Assembly (NCBI GenBank): GCA_045106825.1
Contig: JBGCFH010000036.1
Coordinates: 23,353 to 87,352 of the forward strand
Direction of reading: 5' to 3'
DNA: 64,000 nt
Origin: Saprospiraceae bacterium
Lineage (GTDB): Bacteria > Bacteroidota > Bacteroidia > Chitinophagales > Saprospiraceae
Shown: positions 17,597 through 26,933 of the stretch, piece after piece
How positions within the stretch are numbered: the first letter of the stretch is position 1
How the letters are laid out: each line of letters begins with the position of its first letter
Notes under the pieces: model-generated
Database searches by the model: none
What the model saw: only the letters and a program-made list of their open reading frames with translations
What the model was told of the DNA's origin: nothing
Made by a program: the position numbers and the translations under genes

Positions 17597-18291
17597 AAAA
17601 TAAGCTTTCAATGACAAAAAAAGACATTATACAACTCCCAATTACAAAAGCGACAATCTTAAACGCTACAGAAAAAGCACGTCATCAAATCAATTTTCAT
17701 GATAATTTGCGTTATCGAAAACCGATTATTCAATTAGATTCTAAGATTCGAGGTTATATCGGCGAAGTCGGTTTAAAAACTTGGTTTGCTTCACATGATA
17801 TTCATTTTGCGAAAGCAAATACGATGAAAGCTGATGAAAATATGGATATTGACTTTGTTTATGAAAATGAAAATCGAACATTACATTTGGAGGTCAAAAC
17901 GTCTTTAGTCGCTGATAAAGACAGAAACTGGGAAGATATTTTTCGGAATCGTGATATAAAATTGATTCGTAGAAAAAATCAATCTATCGAAGATTTAACT
18001 GGTGATTTGCATTTGCAAATTTACTTTTATGGTCATCGAAAAAAACGAGATACTTTTCTAAAAAGCCTTGATATTGATTTGGGTTTACCAACATTTGATT
18101 TGTATAATGAAATGCATTTGGAAAAATATATTCGGAATACTTATTTCGTTGGTTGGATTGATAAACCAACTTTGATTGAACAAATCAATAATAAAAAACG
18201 TAAAACATGGACTTTCGCCAAACGGGAATTTTGGTTGTGTAATCTGGGAGGAGATGCTAAAAAACCGATAAATATTTTGGATTATTTATAA
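17593..18291 (+). CDS. Putative type II restriction endonuclease (PD-(D/E)xK-like)
   Basis: MDIDFVYENENRTLHLEVKTS gives a D-x12-E-x-K core preceded by an acidic GEVG segment. The gene is 63 nt downstream of the methyltransferase on the same strand. I do not recognise any other family in it. Confidence 0.55.
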   Translation: MENKLSMTKKDIIQLPITKATILNATEKARHQINFHDNLRYRKPIIQLDSKIRGYIGEVGLKTWFASHDIHFAKANTMKADENMDIDFVYENENRTLHLEVKTSLVADKDRNWEDIFRNRDIKLIRRKNQSIEDLTGDLHLQIYFYGHRKKRDTFLKSLDIDLGLPTFDLYNEMHLEKYIRNTYFVGWIDKPTLIEQINNKKRKTWTFAKREFWLCNLGGDAKKPINILDYL

Positions 18292-18483
18292 TTGAATATT
18301 AGATGTTAGATGTTTTTGAAATAACTTTTTTTTCTACTTAAACATTCATTTCATTATCAATAAAAGGTTTTCTCATAAAATTTTTGGTAGTGTTATGAAT
18401 ATGCACCATACATTTTAACTAAATTACTGTTTCCAATGATTTAGAAAATCAAAAAGTGCATAAGTACAACACTACCAAACAAC

Positions 18484-20172
18484 TTACTCAATCAATAAAG
18501 TCATTTTTCCCAAATTTTTATAATTTTCATTTTTTATGACAATAAAATACAAACCGTTTGAAAAATTCAGTGGTATTTTCAAATCATTTGTACCTTTTTG
18601 AGTTTGATATTTTTCAGATTGTAATAATTGACCCGAAGTATTCAAAATTTCAACATAGACTGAATTCGCTGTTTTAGTCTCAATCTGAACCGTTAATAAT
18701 TCACTATTTTTAAGTGGATTAGGAAAAACGTTGATTGTGTAATTTTCAGTATTAATAATTTTTGTTGAGGTATTAAAATTCACAATAAACGAAAAGGACG
18801 CTGAACAACCAGCTTGATTTGTAATCGTAACACTATAAAATCCGTAAGTAAGATTTTCAATCTTTCGACCTATCGCACCGTTACTCCATATGTAAGTAAA
18901 AACGCCAACTGTATCATCTAAAAACAACTCTATCGAACCATTAGAACTACCATTATCGTCTACAATAATAGTATCTAATAAAGTAATCGTTGGAAGTACA
19001 CTTAACTCTAACGTAGTAATACTATCACAACCATTATTATCAATAGAACTAATGGTATGAATACCTGATGTGGTATAAATATTATTGTTCCAATTATAAC
19101 TTTGTCCATCGCAAATAAAGGCAGAAATTGTACTATCACTGTTTGGTAAAACTGTTAAATTCATATTCAAAAGGCTATCACAACCGAAAGCAGTTGGGAC
19201 AGTTACTTGATACATTCCTGTTGTATTATAAGTATTTCCGTCAAACACGATAGAGTCACCGTGACACAATTCAATATCTATATTTGCTGTCACATCAGCA
19301 CAAGCCGTCACTTGAATTAGAAAAATCTTTTGAATCGAACTCAACAATTGACCATTTCGATATTCGTCAATAGTAATTCCAAAATAATACAATCCAATTT
19401 GAGTTATCGAACCTGTCAATATTCCTGTCAAAGAATCAATCGTAATATTACTACCTAAAGGAAAGCTATTTGTAAACACTGGCGAGATATAAGGGACATT
19501 ACTATATGGTGGCGGACTTGCGGGTCCTGGCCCAGGGTTTCCTTGTTGAAAACCAGTCAGAGGTGTTTTAAAAGTATAATGTAAAGAATCACCATCTATA
19601 TCTATTCCACTGAAATCCATATGAATAGGTTCTCCGACACAATATGTTGTTTGTGTTTCGTTCACAAAAGTGGGACTGTTATTATAAAGTGTTTGTGCAT
19701 CTGCTGAAATGAATGTTGTTAAAGTCATCCCATATGTACTGGGATTAAAAATATTAATAATATTTTGATTTAAGCAACAACGTTGATACGACATATGATA
19801 GCCTAAACTATTAAATGGTAATGTCAATGTTGTGGTATAAGTCGCTACTTCAACTTGAAAAACATTAACAGCACAAATATTAAGATTTGGAGTAGTTAAA
19901 ATATTATTATTATGATTAACAAAAACAGTATTTGAGTTGCCATTGATCAGATACGGTTGTCCATTTCCGTCAAATATACTCAATGGAAGCGGATTATCAA
20001 ATGGAGCGGCAGAGCTTATAGTATCTTTATAAACTTTAATCGTAATCTCATATTGATTATTTCCCAAACACTCGTAATACATTTCGCCGCCAGTTAAGTG
20101 CCACGCAAAAGATGTTGCAGAAAAGAAAATCATCACAGAAAGTGAAAAAATAATTTTAAGATTATTTAGCAT
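18484..20172 (-). CDS. T9SS-secreted cell-surface protein (C-terminal sorting domain)
   Basis: Signal peptide. N-terminal WHLTGGEMYYECLGNNQYEI module. Two tandem Cys-containing repeats of about 45 aa (..CHGDSIVFDGNTYNTTGMYQV..GCDSLLNMNLTVLP / ..CDGQSYNWNNNIYTTSGIHTI..GCDSITTLELSVLP). C-terminal Por_Secre_tail-like NVFPNPLKNSELLTVQI..GLYFIVIKNEN. Confidence 0.75.
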   Translation of the reverse strand: MLNNLKIIFSLSVMIFFSATSFAWHLTGGEMYYECLGNNQYEITIKVYKDTISSAAPFDNPLPLSIFDGNGQPYLINGNSNTVFVNHNNNILTTPNLNICAVNVFQVEVATYTTTLTLPFNSLGYHMSYQRCCLNQNIINIFNPSTYGMTLTTFISADAQTLYNNSPTFVNETQTTYCVGEPIHMDFSGIDIDGDSLHYTFKTPLTGFQQGNPGPGPASPPPYSNVPYISPVFTNSFPLGSNITIDSLTGILTGSITQIGLYYFGITIDEYRNGQLLSSIQKIFLIQVTACADVTANIDIELCHGDSIVFDGNTYNTTGMYQVTVPTAFGCDSLLNMNLTVLPNSDSTISAFICDGQSYNWNNNIYTTSGIHTISSIDNNGCDSITTLELSVLPTITLLDTIIVDDNGSSNGSIELFLDDTVGVFTYIWSNGAIGRKIENLTYGFYSVTITNQAGCSASFSFIVNFNTSTKIINTENYTINVFPNPLKNSELLTVQIETKTANSVYVEILNTSGQLLQSEKYQTQKGTNDLKIPLNFSNGLYFIVIKNENYKNLGKMTLLIE

Positions 20173-20393
20173 GTTCTTTGATTAAAAACCTTCATAAATG
20201 GTAAAAAAAGGTTTAAGAAGGTCTTGGTTGATAAATGAATGTTGACAAAAATAAATAGTAAATCGGTTTAATTAAAAGAATTTGTATTAAAATATTCAAG
20301 ATATTGATATAAGAGTATTTTGATTATTTTTTGGTTAAAAATTTTTGAATATCCAAACCTGACAAAGCCGGTAGCATAGTTGTGAGTTTGACG

Positions 20394-20418
20394 AATTGAC
20401 CACCGAGATCTCGGGACA
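20394..20418 (-). repeat. Copy 2 of the 25-nt palindrome-containing intergenic repeat
   Basis: The reverse complement tgtcccgagatctcggtggtcaatt matches 4161-4185 at 21 of 25 positions. The core cccgagatctcggg is a perfect 14-nt palindrome. Confidence 0.5.
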
Positions 20419-20463
20419 AGATTTCAGAACTTAGAAACTAAATAGATATATTGATTACAAAAA

Positions 20464-20518
20464 AATAGCAAAATTGAGGATTGAAATAATCACTCAAAAT
20501 TGCTATTATTTTTTTTCA
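20464..20518 (-). terminator. Intrinsic (bidirectional) terminator after the C25 peptidase gene
   Basis: Perfect 15-bp inverted repeat aatagcaaaattgag (20464-20478) / ctcaaaattgctatt (20493-20507), flanked by an A run and a T run. Confidence 0.8.
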
Positions 20519-20576
20519 AGAAGTTGATAACAAACTAATTACCAACATTTTAACACTATTACTTTATCTTCATATT

Positions 20577-23500
20577 TTATCGTAAGATAACCATTTTTCC
20601 AAAGCCACCTTTAAAGTAATCATTTGTTCCAGTATTGAATAATTCATAATTTTCTTCTGTCGCTGATTTCAAATTGACACGATACAAATACACACCATTT
20701 GCTAAGCGATTTCCAAAGTCATCTGTTCCATCCCAAGTATATTCAGTACGATTCAATCCGACACGAATATCGCCTAACTCTTCTTTAGTAATTGTACGAA
20801 TAACTTTACCCGAAACTGTAAATATTTGAATATTCATCGCTTCTGGTATTTCTGCACCTGTCAATGTAAATACAAACTGTGTCGAAGTGCTAAATGGATT
20901 TGGATAGTTTAATACATTCGAAATCATTGCTTTCGTAATGACTTCAAAGTCAATTTTGTATTCATTTGCACCAGATTGATTATTCGTAGCATCTTTTGCT
21001 TTTACTTGTAATTGATATGTTCCATCTTCCATAAACTCTGGTAAAAACTCGATTTCAGCACGATTTTTATTTTCTAAATCATTATTATCAGCAGGACGGA
21101 AAATCACCGTTTGATTATCTACATAATAACGAGTTGAGACACCAGAAGGCGAAACTATATACAGTTCAAAAGTAGACGTATCATCTAATGCAATAAAAGG
21201 ATTCTCATCTTCTAAAGCAATCAAAATATTCGGTTTAGAAGAAATAATATCGCCACTCATTATATGGACACCGTCAAAAGTTACATCTAAAATCGGAGCT
21301 GTATTATCTTTCTCAATATAAAAACTTGCTACACCAACATTGTTAAATTTATACATTTCAGGCTGATCATTATCTGGATTCACTTCAATATTCACTAAGT
21401 GATTTCCAGAACGATTTCGAGTATCTAAATTTAATTTTGCTACGATAGAAGAATCACCTAAAAGTGCTTCATTTCTTGTAAGAATATTCACTTCTTCATT
21501 TACAGCATTTGTAATTGTATATTTTACAAGAAGACTATCCATCGCTGTGTTTGAGATATTTTCCACACCAATTTCAAACTTAAACTCATCACCTTGTTCA
21601 ATTGTATCAGCATGAAACACTAAGTAATCTTGTGGATTTAATGCAGCATCTGGCAACGGTTGATAGAATACTCTCCAATAATCTAACTGTGCAGGTGTCA
21701 AACTCGTTTCATCTTTTACATTGTATCGCAACTTCAAATACGGAAATATATTTGGATTTACAAAATCTAAAGATATATCATACAATGTTGTATTTGTCAT
21801 CAAAACAGAATCTACACCATCAACAGTTACACCGATTATATCTAATGAAATCGTATCTTCTGTAGGATTAAAGTCGCTGACTTGCCATTTTACATCTCCC
21901 CAAAATTTTGCTGGGCCTATTGGTGTCGAAGTGATTGAGCCTTGGGTTTGTTTACCTGTAAGAATAGTTGTAGCTTGGATGATTTCAGTTACTGTATTTG
22001 CATGGACTTCACGTTGCCCTTCCCAGTTTGAGTTTCCTTTTTGGAAAATAAATATATAAGGTGTTTCATTTGTTGCTAAATTACGAATTTGTGTTGCTCC
22101 TTCGTCTTCTAATACTTGAAAGATATTTGTACCAAGTGTTAATGAATCTGCAGCCCATTGATTTGCATGATAACTTGAATTTGTTTTTTGAGTTGTAAAT
22201 ACAACAACATAATCATTTTCAGGTATATTATTTTGAAGAAAATTAATAGCTTCTTGTCTTTCTGTAATATCATCCATTCCTTTTATATAAACAGCGTTAG
22301 GATTTTGCCAACAATTGTATTGTCCACCTGTTCCATTGATATTACTATAAATATGTTTATCCTTATCAAACCCTAAAATCCAAAAAGTTGCATGGTCGGA
22401 ATAAGCATTAGAAGGACAAGGCCAATAATTTACAAAACGAAATCCATCAATATATAGTGCTATTTCAGCCCAATTTAAGATACCTACAGCTCCATTAATT
22501 ACTTTAAACTCGGAAGTTGTATTTCCAAAAATATTTGTATAGGAAGTCGAGTCCATATCTATATCATTCTGTATTGCGTTAGTTTTCTGATAAAAATGTG
22601 ATTGATTCCATCCCTCCAAACTTTCTGAGATATAAATAAATGAACTATACTGCCAATCAAAACCATTCCCACTTGTCAATATACTATCCATACTAATTCG
22701 CCAATAGTAAACAGTTGAATCTTGTAGTGTAATTATTGGTTGCCAAGTAATTAAACCACCATTGCTTTCTTTTTGTGTCGTTAATTTTATTGGACTATCA
22801 AAAGTATTCGTAGTATCAATCTCTATATAATATTGAATATTGTCCGTTAAAATATTAGAAGTCGAGGCTTTTAGAGTAATTGTAGGTTCATTGATAATGC
22901 TATATTCATAAGGATAAATTGGTTTAGCACTATTAGAAATAATAGAAAAAGGAATAATTGTCGTATTATTTGATTCAGCATTTGACGGAGATTCTACAAC
23001 CTCATTATCCACATCAACTGTAATGTGTAACTCATTTGTTCCTATAACTTCTTTATTTTCTAATAACAACCAAGTCGTATACGTTTCCTCAAAATCCGGT
23101 GATTTTACTTGTATCGTTTTCAGTTCGACTTTTGTTCCATTTGGATATTGTTGTTCAATTAAAATATGAATAGAATCTTCTACTGCATACCCGATATTAG
23201 CAACTACTAAATCTAACTGAAAACTATCTAATTGAACATTGACAAACTTAGGATTAATTGTTGTTTTTTCTTTATTAACAATATAATCAACACCTTCTTG
23301 CGGATAAATTTTCATAGCAGGATCACCATGTAAGAAAATGTTATGTTTCACTAATCTTCCCCAAAATCCACTCAAAGGATACTCCTCAATCGTTGATTTC
23401 ATTACTTTTCCTATGGTTTGTCCATAATTATCATCTCCTAAGTTTTTATACAAAACTCTTCCGTATTGATTCAAATCACTTAAACTTGTCGTTGCAGTCG

Positions 23501-25586
23501 AACCAATAAAACCGATTGCACCTCGATTCTCCACAAAGACATAAGTTTCACTTAATGTAGAAGGAGATTCTAACAAGCGATTAGTGTTACATCCCATTGC
23601 ATAAATCATTGGGTATTTCCCTTTATTATTATACTGATTCGGATCACCAATATCAAAGTCCAATGTATTCGGTGCAGAGTGACCAAAAAATGTTATCCAT
23701 GCTAAACCCTCATTAATCCGTCGTGTTACATCATCTGAGTTAGCCGATTGAATAACATTCGTTGAGTTTTTATAATACCCTAAAACACTTGCACCTAATT
23801 GACTTTGCTTAATTGTATCTTCCATATCAACTAAACGACCTTTTATAAAATCCTGAATATCCGGATCGCCTCCGCCTAAATGCAAAAAACTCTTTTGCCA
23901 AGCTCTATCTTCAATCGTTTGAGGTGCTGTTTGGTAAGCTAATTCGACTTCTTTTATTTTATCCAAATAGGTACTTAACATATCAGGTGTATAAGCCGCA
24001 ATTCGTCCAACAGCTAAAACAGGTTCATCTGTATTGGGTTTTGCTGCTAATAGATTATCAGAAGACGGATAACCAAATGAAGGCACTAATTCATAATTCT
24101 CAAAATCAGCGTTTCCATTTCGATATTTACCATAATAAACCCCTTTTCCAATAATAAATAAATATTCGGAACTCCAATGTTTTGCGGCCCATTGTACAAA
24201 ATTTCGGATAGCCTGTTCATGTCTATCAATACCATAACCAAACTGTTCATAAACTTGGTCAATATCAACAATAATTGGTGTATGATTTCCACCTAAAGTA
24301 CTTGCTCGATAATTTGCATAATCTTGAACATGATTAAACCCTGTTCCATCATCAAATAATTTAGAATGAGTCAAAAGAATATAATTTCCGCCTTGATTTT
24401 GTTGAAAAGGCATAAATTGTACCGATTCTATACTTGATATTTTATAAGCGTTATCAGCAACCAGAATGAATTGACGTGATTGAGTAGAAGCAGGAACGGC
24501 AACTACTATTCTGTTGTTCGCAATTTGTGTATTAATCCTTGTTCCATTTGTTAAATCATATAAAATAGGAGGATTTGTCCCATAAGTAAAATTCTGAATT
24601 TCAAAATATTGCCTTTGCCATGAAGAATCCATCTCAAATGAAACCCAATTCACATTTGAAAATTTAAATACACGAGGATATTTAGCCTTAATAAAAGCAA
24701 TACGATATTTATCGTCAGCAGAAGCATTGCCAATGATTCGTACAGGAGAACTACCGCTGGTCGCACTCATTGGTACTGAAATATGATAATTTTTAACTGC
24801 CCAATTTGAAAAGGTGTCATTTACATACGTAATATTATTAATCTGTATTTCTGTTTGATGATTTCCTGATTGTGCTAATAATTGCACTTCAAATTCTGCA
24901 TTAGGAACATTAGTTGAATAACGATTTGATAAACCTACATTATTACTTTGATTCGCACTATAAGTATTTTTTGTATAACCTTCTCCAAGATCATACTTCG
25001 CACTAACGTGACCCGAACCTCCTCTATCAATTCCTACACTCAAACGTTCATTCCATTCTCTTGTTTTCGTAAACCAACAATAAATTTCTTTTGGAGGAAG
25101 ATTCGTTAAGTCATTTGGGATTTCATTGATAATCAAAGGATTTACCGTATTCACATTATATGTTAAATAATAAACCGATGTATCTGTGTATAAACTGTAT
25201 TCTCTGTTCACCTGATAAGTAGGATCATCATATAAAAACTTATCTACTTCGCCTCTGTTCTTTTCTCCATAAAAAGTTAAAAAATCGTTCGATGTTAAAG
25301 TATTTATTTCACTAACATAAAATGAAATAGGTTTCCCATTTTTCAATAATTGTAGATTTTGCCCTTGCGGAATAGCTGTTCCACTAAAAACACCAGCATT
25401 ATTCAAGGCATTATAATCTAAGCGATACATACCATCTTCAGCAACTTTAATCTTGAAATATGCTTGGTTATAGTTAATCCATTCATTTCCATAAAGCGTG
25501 TCATTTCCAGTAATCATTTGAGCATTCATCTTAGGAACAAACCAAACAATTATTCCAAAAAACAAAAGGAGTATTTTATTATTCAT
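20577..25586 (-). CDS. Gingipain-like peptidase C25 family protein with T9SS C-terminal domain (PorU-like paralogue)
   Basis: 1669 aa with a signal peptide. Central caspase-fold region with ITFFGHSAP (catalytic His context) and IYAMGCNTN (catalytic Cys context). C-terminal FlgD-Ig/T9SS domain VLNYPNPFSTSTQFVFTL..NGVYLYRVNLK. Confidence 0.7.
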   Translation of the reverse strand: MNNKILLLFFGIIVWFVPKMNAQMITGNDTLYGNEWINYNQAYFKIKVAEDGMYRLDYNALNNAGVFSGTAIPQGQNLQLLKNGKPISFYVSEINTLTSNDFLTFYGEKNRGEVDKFLYDDPTYQVNREYSLYTDTSVYYLTYNVNTVNPLIINEIPNDLTNLPPKEIYCWFTKTREWNERLSVGIDRGGSGHVSAKYDLGEGYTKNTYSANQSNNVGLSNRYSTNVPNAEFEVQLLAQSGNHQTEIQINNITYVNDTFSNWAVKNYHISVPMSATSGSSPVRIIGNASADDKYRIAFIKAKYPRVFKFSNVNWVSFEMDSSWQRQYFEIQNFTYGTNPPILYDLTNGTRINTQIANNRIVVAVPASTQSRQFILVADNAYKISSIESVQFMPFQQNQGGNYILLTHSKLFDDGTGFNHVQDYANYRASTLGGNHTPIIVDIDQVYEQFGYGIDRHEQAIRNFVQWAAKHWSSEYLFIIGKGVYYGKYRNGNADFENYELVPSFGYPSSDNLLAAKPNTDEPVLAVGRIAAYTPDMLSTYLDKIKEVELAYQTAPQTIEDRAWQKSFLHLGGGDPDIQDFIKGRLVDMEDTIKQSQLGASVLGYYKNSTNVIQSANSDDVTRRINEGLAWITFFGHSAPNTLDFDIGDPNQYNNKGKYPMIYAMGCNTNRLLESPSTLSETYVFVENRGAIGFIGSTATTSLSDLNQYGRVLYKNLGDDNYGQTIGKVMKSTIEEYPLSGFWGRLVKHNIFLHGDPAMKIYPQEGVDYIVNKEKTTINPKFVNVQLDSFQLDLVVANIGYAVEDSIHILIEQQYPNGTKVELKTIQVKSPDFEETYTTWLLLENKEVIGTNELHITVDVDNEVVESPSNAESNNTTIIPFSIISNSAKPIYPYEYSIINEPTITLKASTSNILTDNIQYYIEIDTTNTFDSPIKLTTQKESNGGLITWQPIITLQDSTVYYWRISMDSILTSGNGFDWQYSSFIYISESLEGWNQSHFYQKTNAIQNDIDMDSTSYTNIFGNTTSEFKVINGAVGILNWAEIALYIDGFRFVNYWPCPSNAYSDHATFWILGFDKDKHIYSNINGTGGQYNCWQNPNAVYIKGMDDITERQEAINFLQNNIPENDYVVVFTTQKTNSSYHANQWAADSLTLGTNIFQVLEDEGATQIRNLATNETPYIFIFQKGNSNWEGQREVHANTVTEIIQATTILTGKQTQGSITSTPIGPAKFWGDVKWQVSDFNPTEDTISLDIIGVTVDGVDSVLMTNTTLYDISLDFVNPNIFPYLKLRYNVKDETSLTPAQLDYWRVFYQPLPDAALNPQDYLVFHADTIEQGDEFKFEIGVENISNTAMDSLLVKYTITNAVNEEVNILTRNEALLGDSSIVAKLNLDTRNRSGNHLVNIEVNPDNDQPEMYKFNNVGVASFYIEKDNTAPILDVTFDGVHIMSGDIISSKPNILIALEDENPFIALDDTSTFELYIVSPSGVSTRYYVDNQTVIFRPADNNDLENKNRAEIEFLPEFMEDGTYQLQVKAKDATNNQSGANEYKIDFEVITKAMISNVLNYPNPFSTSTQFVFTLTGAEIPEAMNIQIFTVSGKVIRTITKEELGDIRVGLNRTEYTWDGTDDFGNRLANGVYLYRVNLKSATEENYELFNTGTNDYFKGGFGKMVILR

Positions 25587-25810
25587 AACTTTGCGTTGAT
25601 GATTATAAAATAAAATTGTGTAAAACTTTTTGACAGAATTAATAGGACTTTTATTAACTCTTCCAAAAAATTATTTTCTACATAACCTTATTTTCATTTT
25701 AGTTTTTTTTTGAAGTTTGAACAAAAATAATAAAGTCTTTTCACAAATTATTTATCATATTTGATATTTAACGATATTGTTTACAACAACTACATAATGT
25801 TTCTTTTATT

Positions 25811-26650
25811 ATGAATGTCGAAGAGTACATTATTGAACCTCCTAAAAAGGTCTCTATCAAATGGGAAGAACTCTGGCGTTATCGAGAGTTATTCTACTTT
25901 TTTACTTGGCGAGATATTAAGATAAAATACAAGCAAACAATTTTAGGTTTCCTTTGGGCAATTTTACAACCCTTAGCAATGATGACTGTTTTTGTGTTGT
26001 TTTTTGCTAAAGGCTTGAAGGTATCAACCGATAATATTCCTGCTCCAATATTTTATTTTGTAGGCTTAATGTTTTGGAATTTATTTAGTTCAGGGTTGAA
26101 TAGCTCTGCAAATAGTATGGTAGCAAATGCTGATATTATTAAAAAAATCTACTTTCCACGATTAATAATTCCATTTTCAGGTGTTTTGGTCGCATTATTT
26201 GATTTTTTAATGACCTTACTCCCTTTTATTGTTTTAATGATTTATTATTTAATAACAACAGATTTTGTAATCACCCTTGATATCTTATACCTACTTCCTC
26301 TTGCCTTACTACTAACTTTAACAACAACAGTAGGTTTAGGTTGTACGATTGCAGCATGGAATGTAAAATATCGAGATTTTCGTTATATTGTTCCATTTAT
26401 GATACAATTTTTATTATTCATAACACCCGTAATTTATCCTGTTACGATGTTCGATAATATTCCTTATTTAAAATATATTTTAGCTTTAAATCCAATGACT
26501 GGTGTCATGTTAATGGCACGAAATGGCTTTTCCATGGATAGTTTACCGATTGATTTAATCGGAATCAGTATATTTGTATCTATTTTTTTATTAATAATTG
26601 GTCTTTACATCTTTCGAAGGATGGAGGCTTATTTTGCTGATATTGCTTGA
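25811..26650 (+). CDS. wzm: Polysaccharide ABC exporter permease (ABC-2 type, Wzm/TagG-like)
   Basis: N-terminus ELWRYRELFYFFTWRDIKIKYKQTILGFLWAILQPL is the classic Wzm/KpsM/TagG signature. Six hydrophobic helices. Confidence 0.88.
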   Translation: MNVEEYIIEPPKKVSIKWEELWRYRELFYFFTWRDIKIKYKQTILGFLWAILQPLAMMTVFVLFFAKGLKVSTDNIPAPIFYFVGLMFWNLFSSGLNSSANSMVANADIIKKIYFPRLIIPFSGVLVALFDFLMTLLPFIVLMIYYLITTDFVITLDILYLLPLALLLTLTTTVGLGCTIAAWNVKYRDFRYIVPFMIQFLLFITPVIYPVTMFDNIPYLKYILALNPMTGVMLMARNGFSMDSLPIDLIGISIFVSIFLLIIGLYIFRRMEAYFADIA

Positions 26651-26830
26651 TACAAAGATAAGAACAGCCTGAAAAATTTTCTAAAAACAATTCACATCAG
26701 ATTATTATTGTAAAACTTGAATTTATCAAAGATTCTTTATTAGATTACTCTTATTAGAATCAACCTATAGGAGGCAACTGAAAGTAAATAATATTTGAAG
26801 ATAATTTTGGTTGTTTGACAATTTTTGCGA

Positions 26831-26893
26831 GTAGCGACTGTCTTTAGCTGCCATCTTTTGAAATTGTTTACGGCAGTTAAAGACAGCCGCTAC
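26831..26893. repeat. Long GC-rich stem-loop between wzm and the next gene
   Basis: Arms gtagcgactgtctttagctgcc (26831-26852) and ggcagttaaagacagccgctac (26872-26893) pair at 20 of 22 positions, with a 19-nt loop. The stretch is clearly GC-richer than the flanks. Confidence 0.65.
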
Positions 26894-26933
26894 GTGAAAC
26901 AATAATTTTTGCTAATATAGGAATTTCAACAAT

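Noticed and set aside
20367-20405. tRNA-like start gccggtagcatagttg.. followed by ..gacgaattgaccacc.
   Set aside because: There is no T-loop (GTTCGAATC-type) and no cloverleaf pairing, and the total length is too short. At most it is a degraded fragment. It is not called as a tRNA or an att site.
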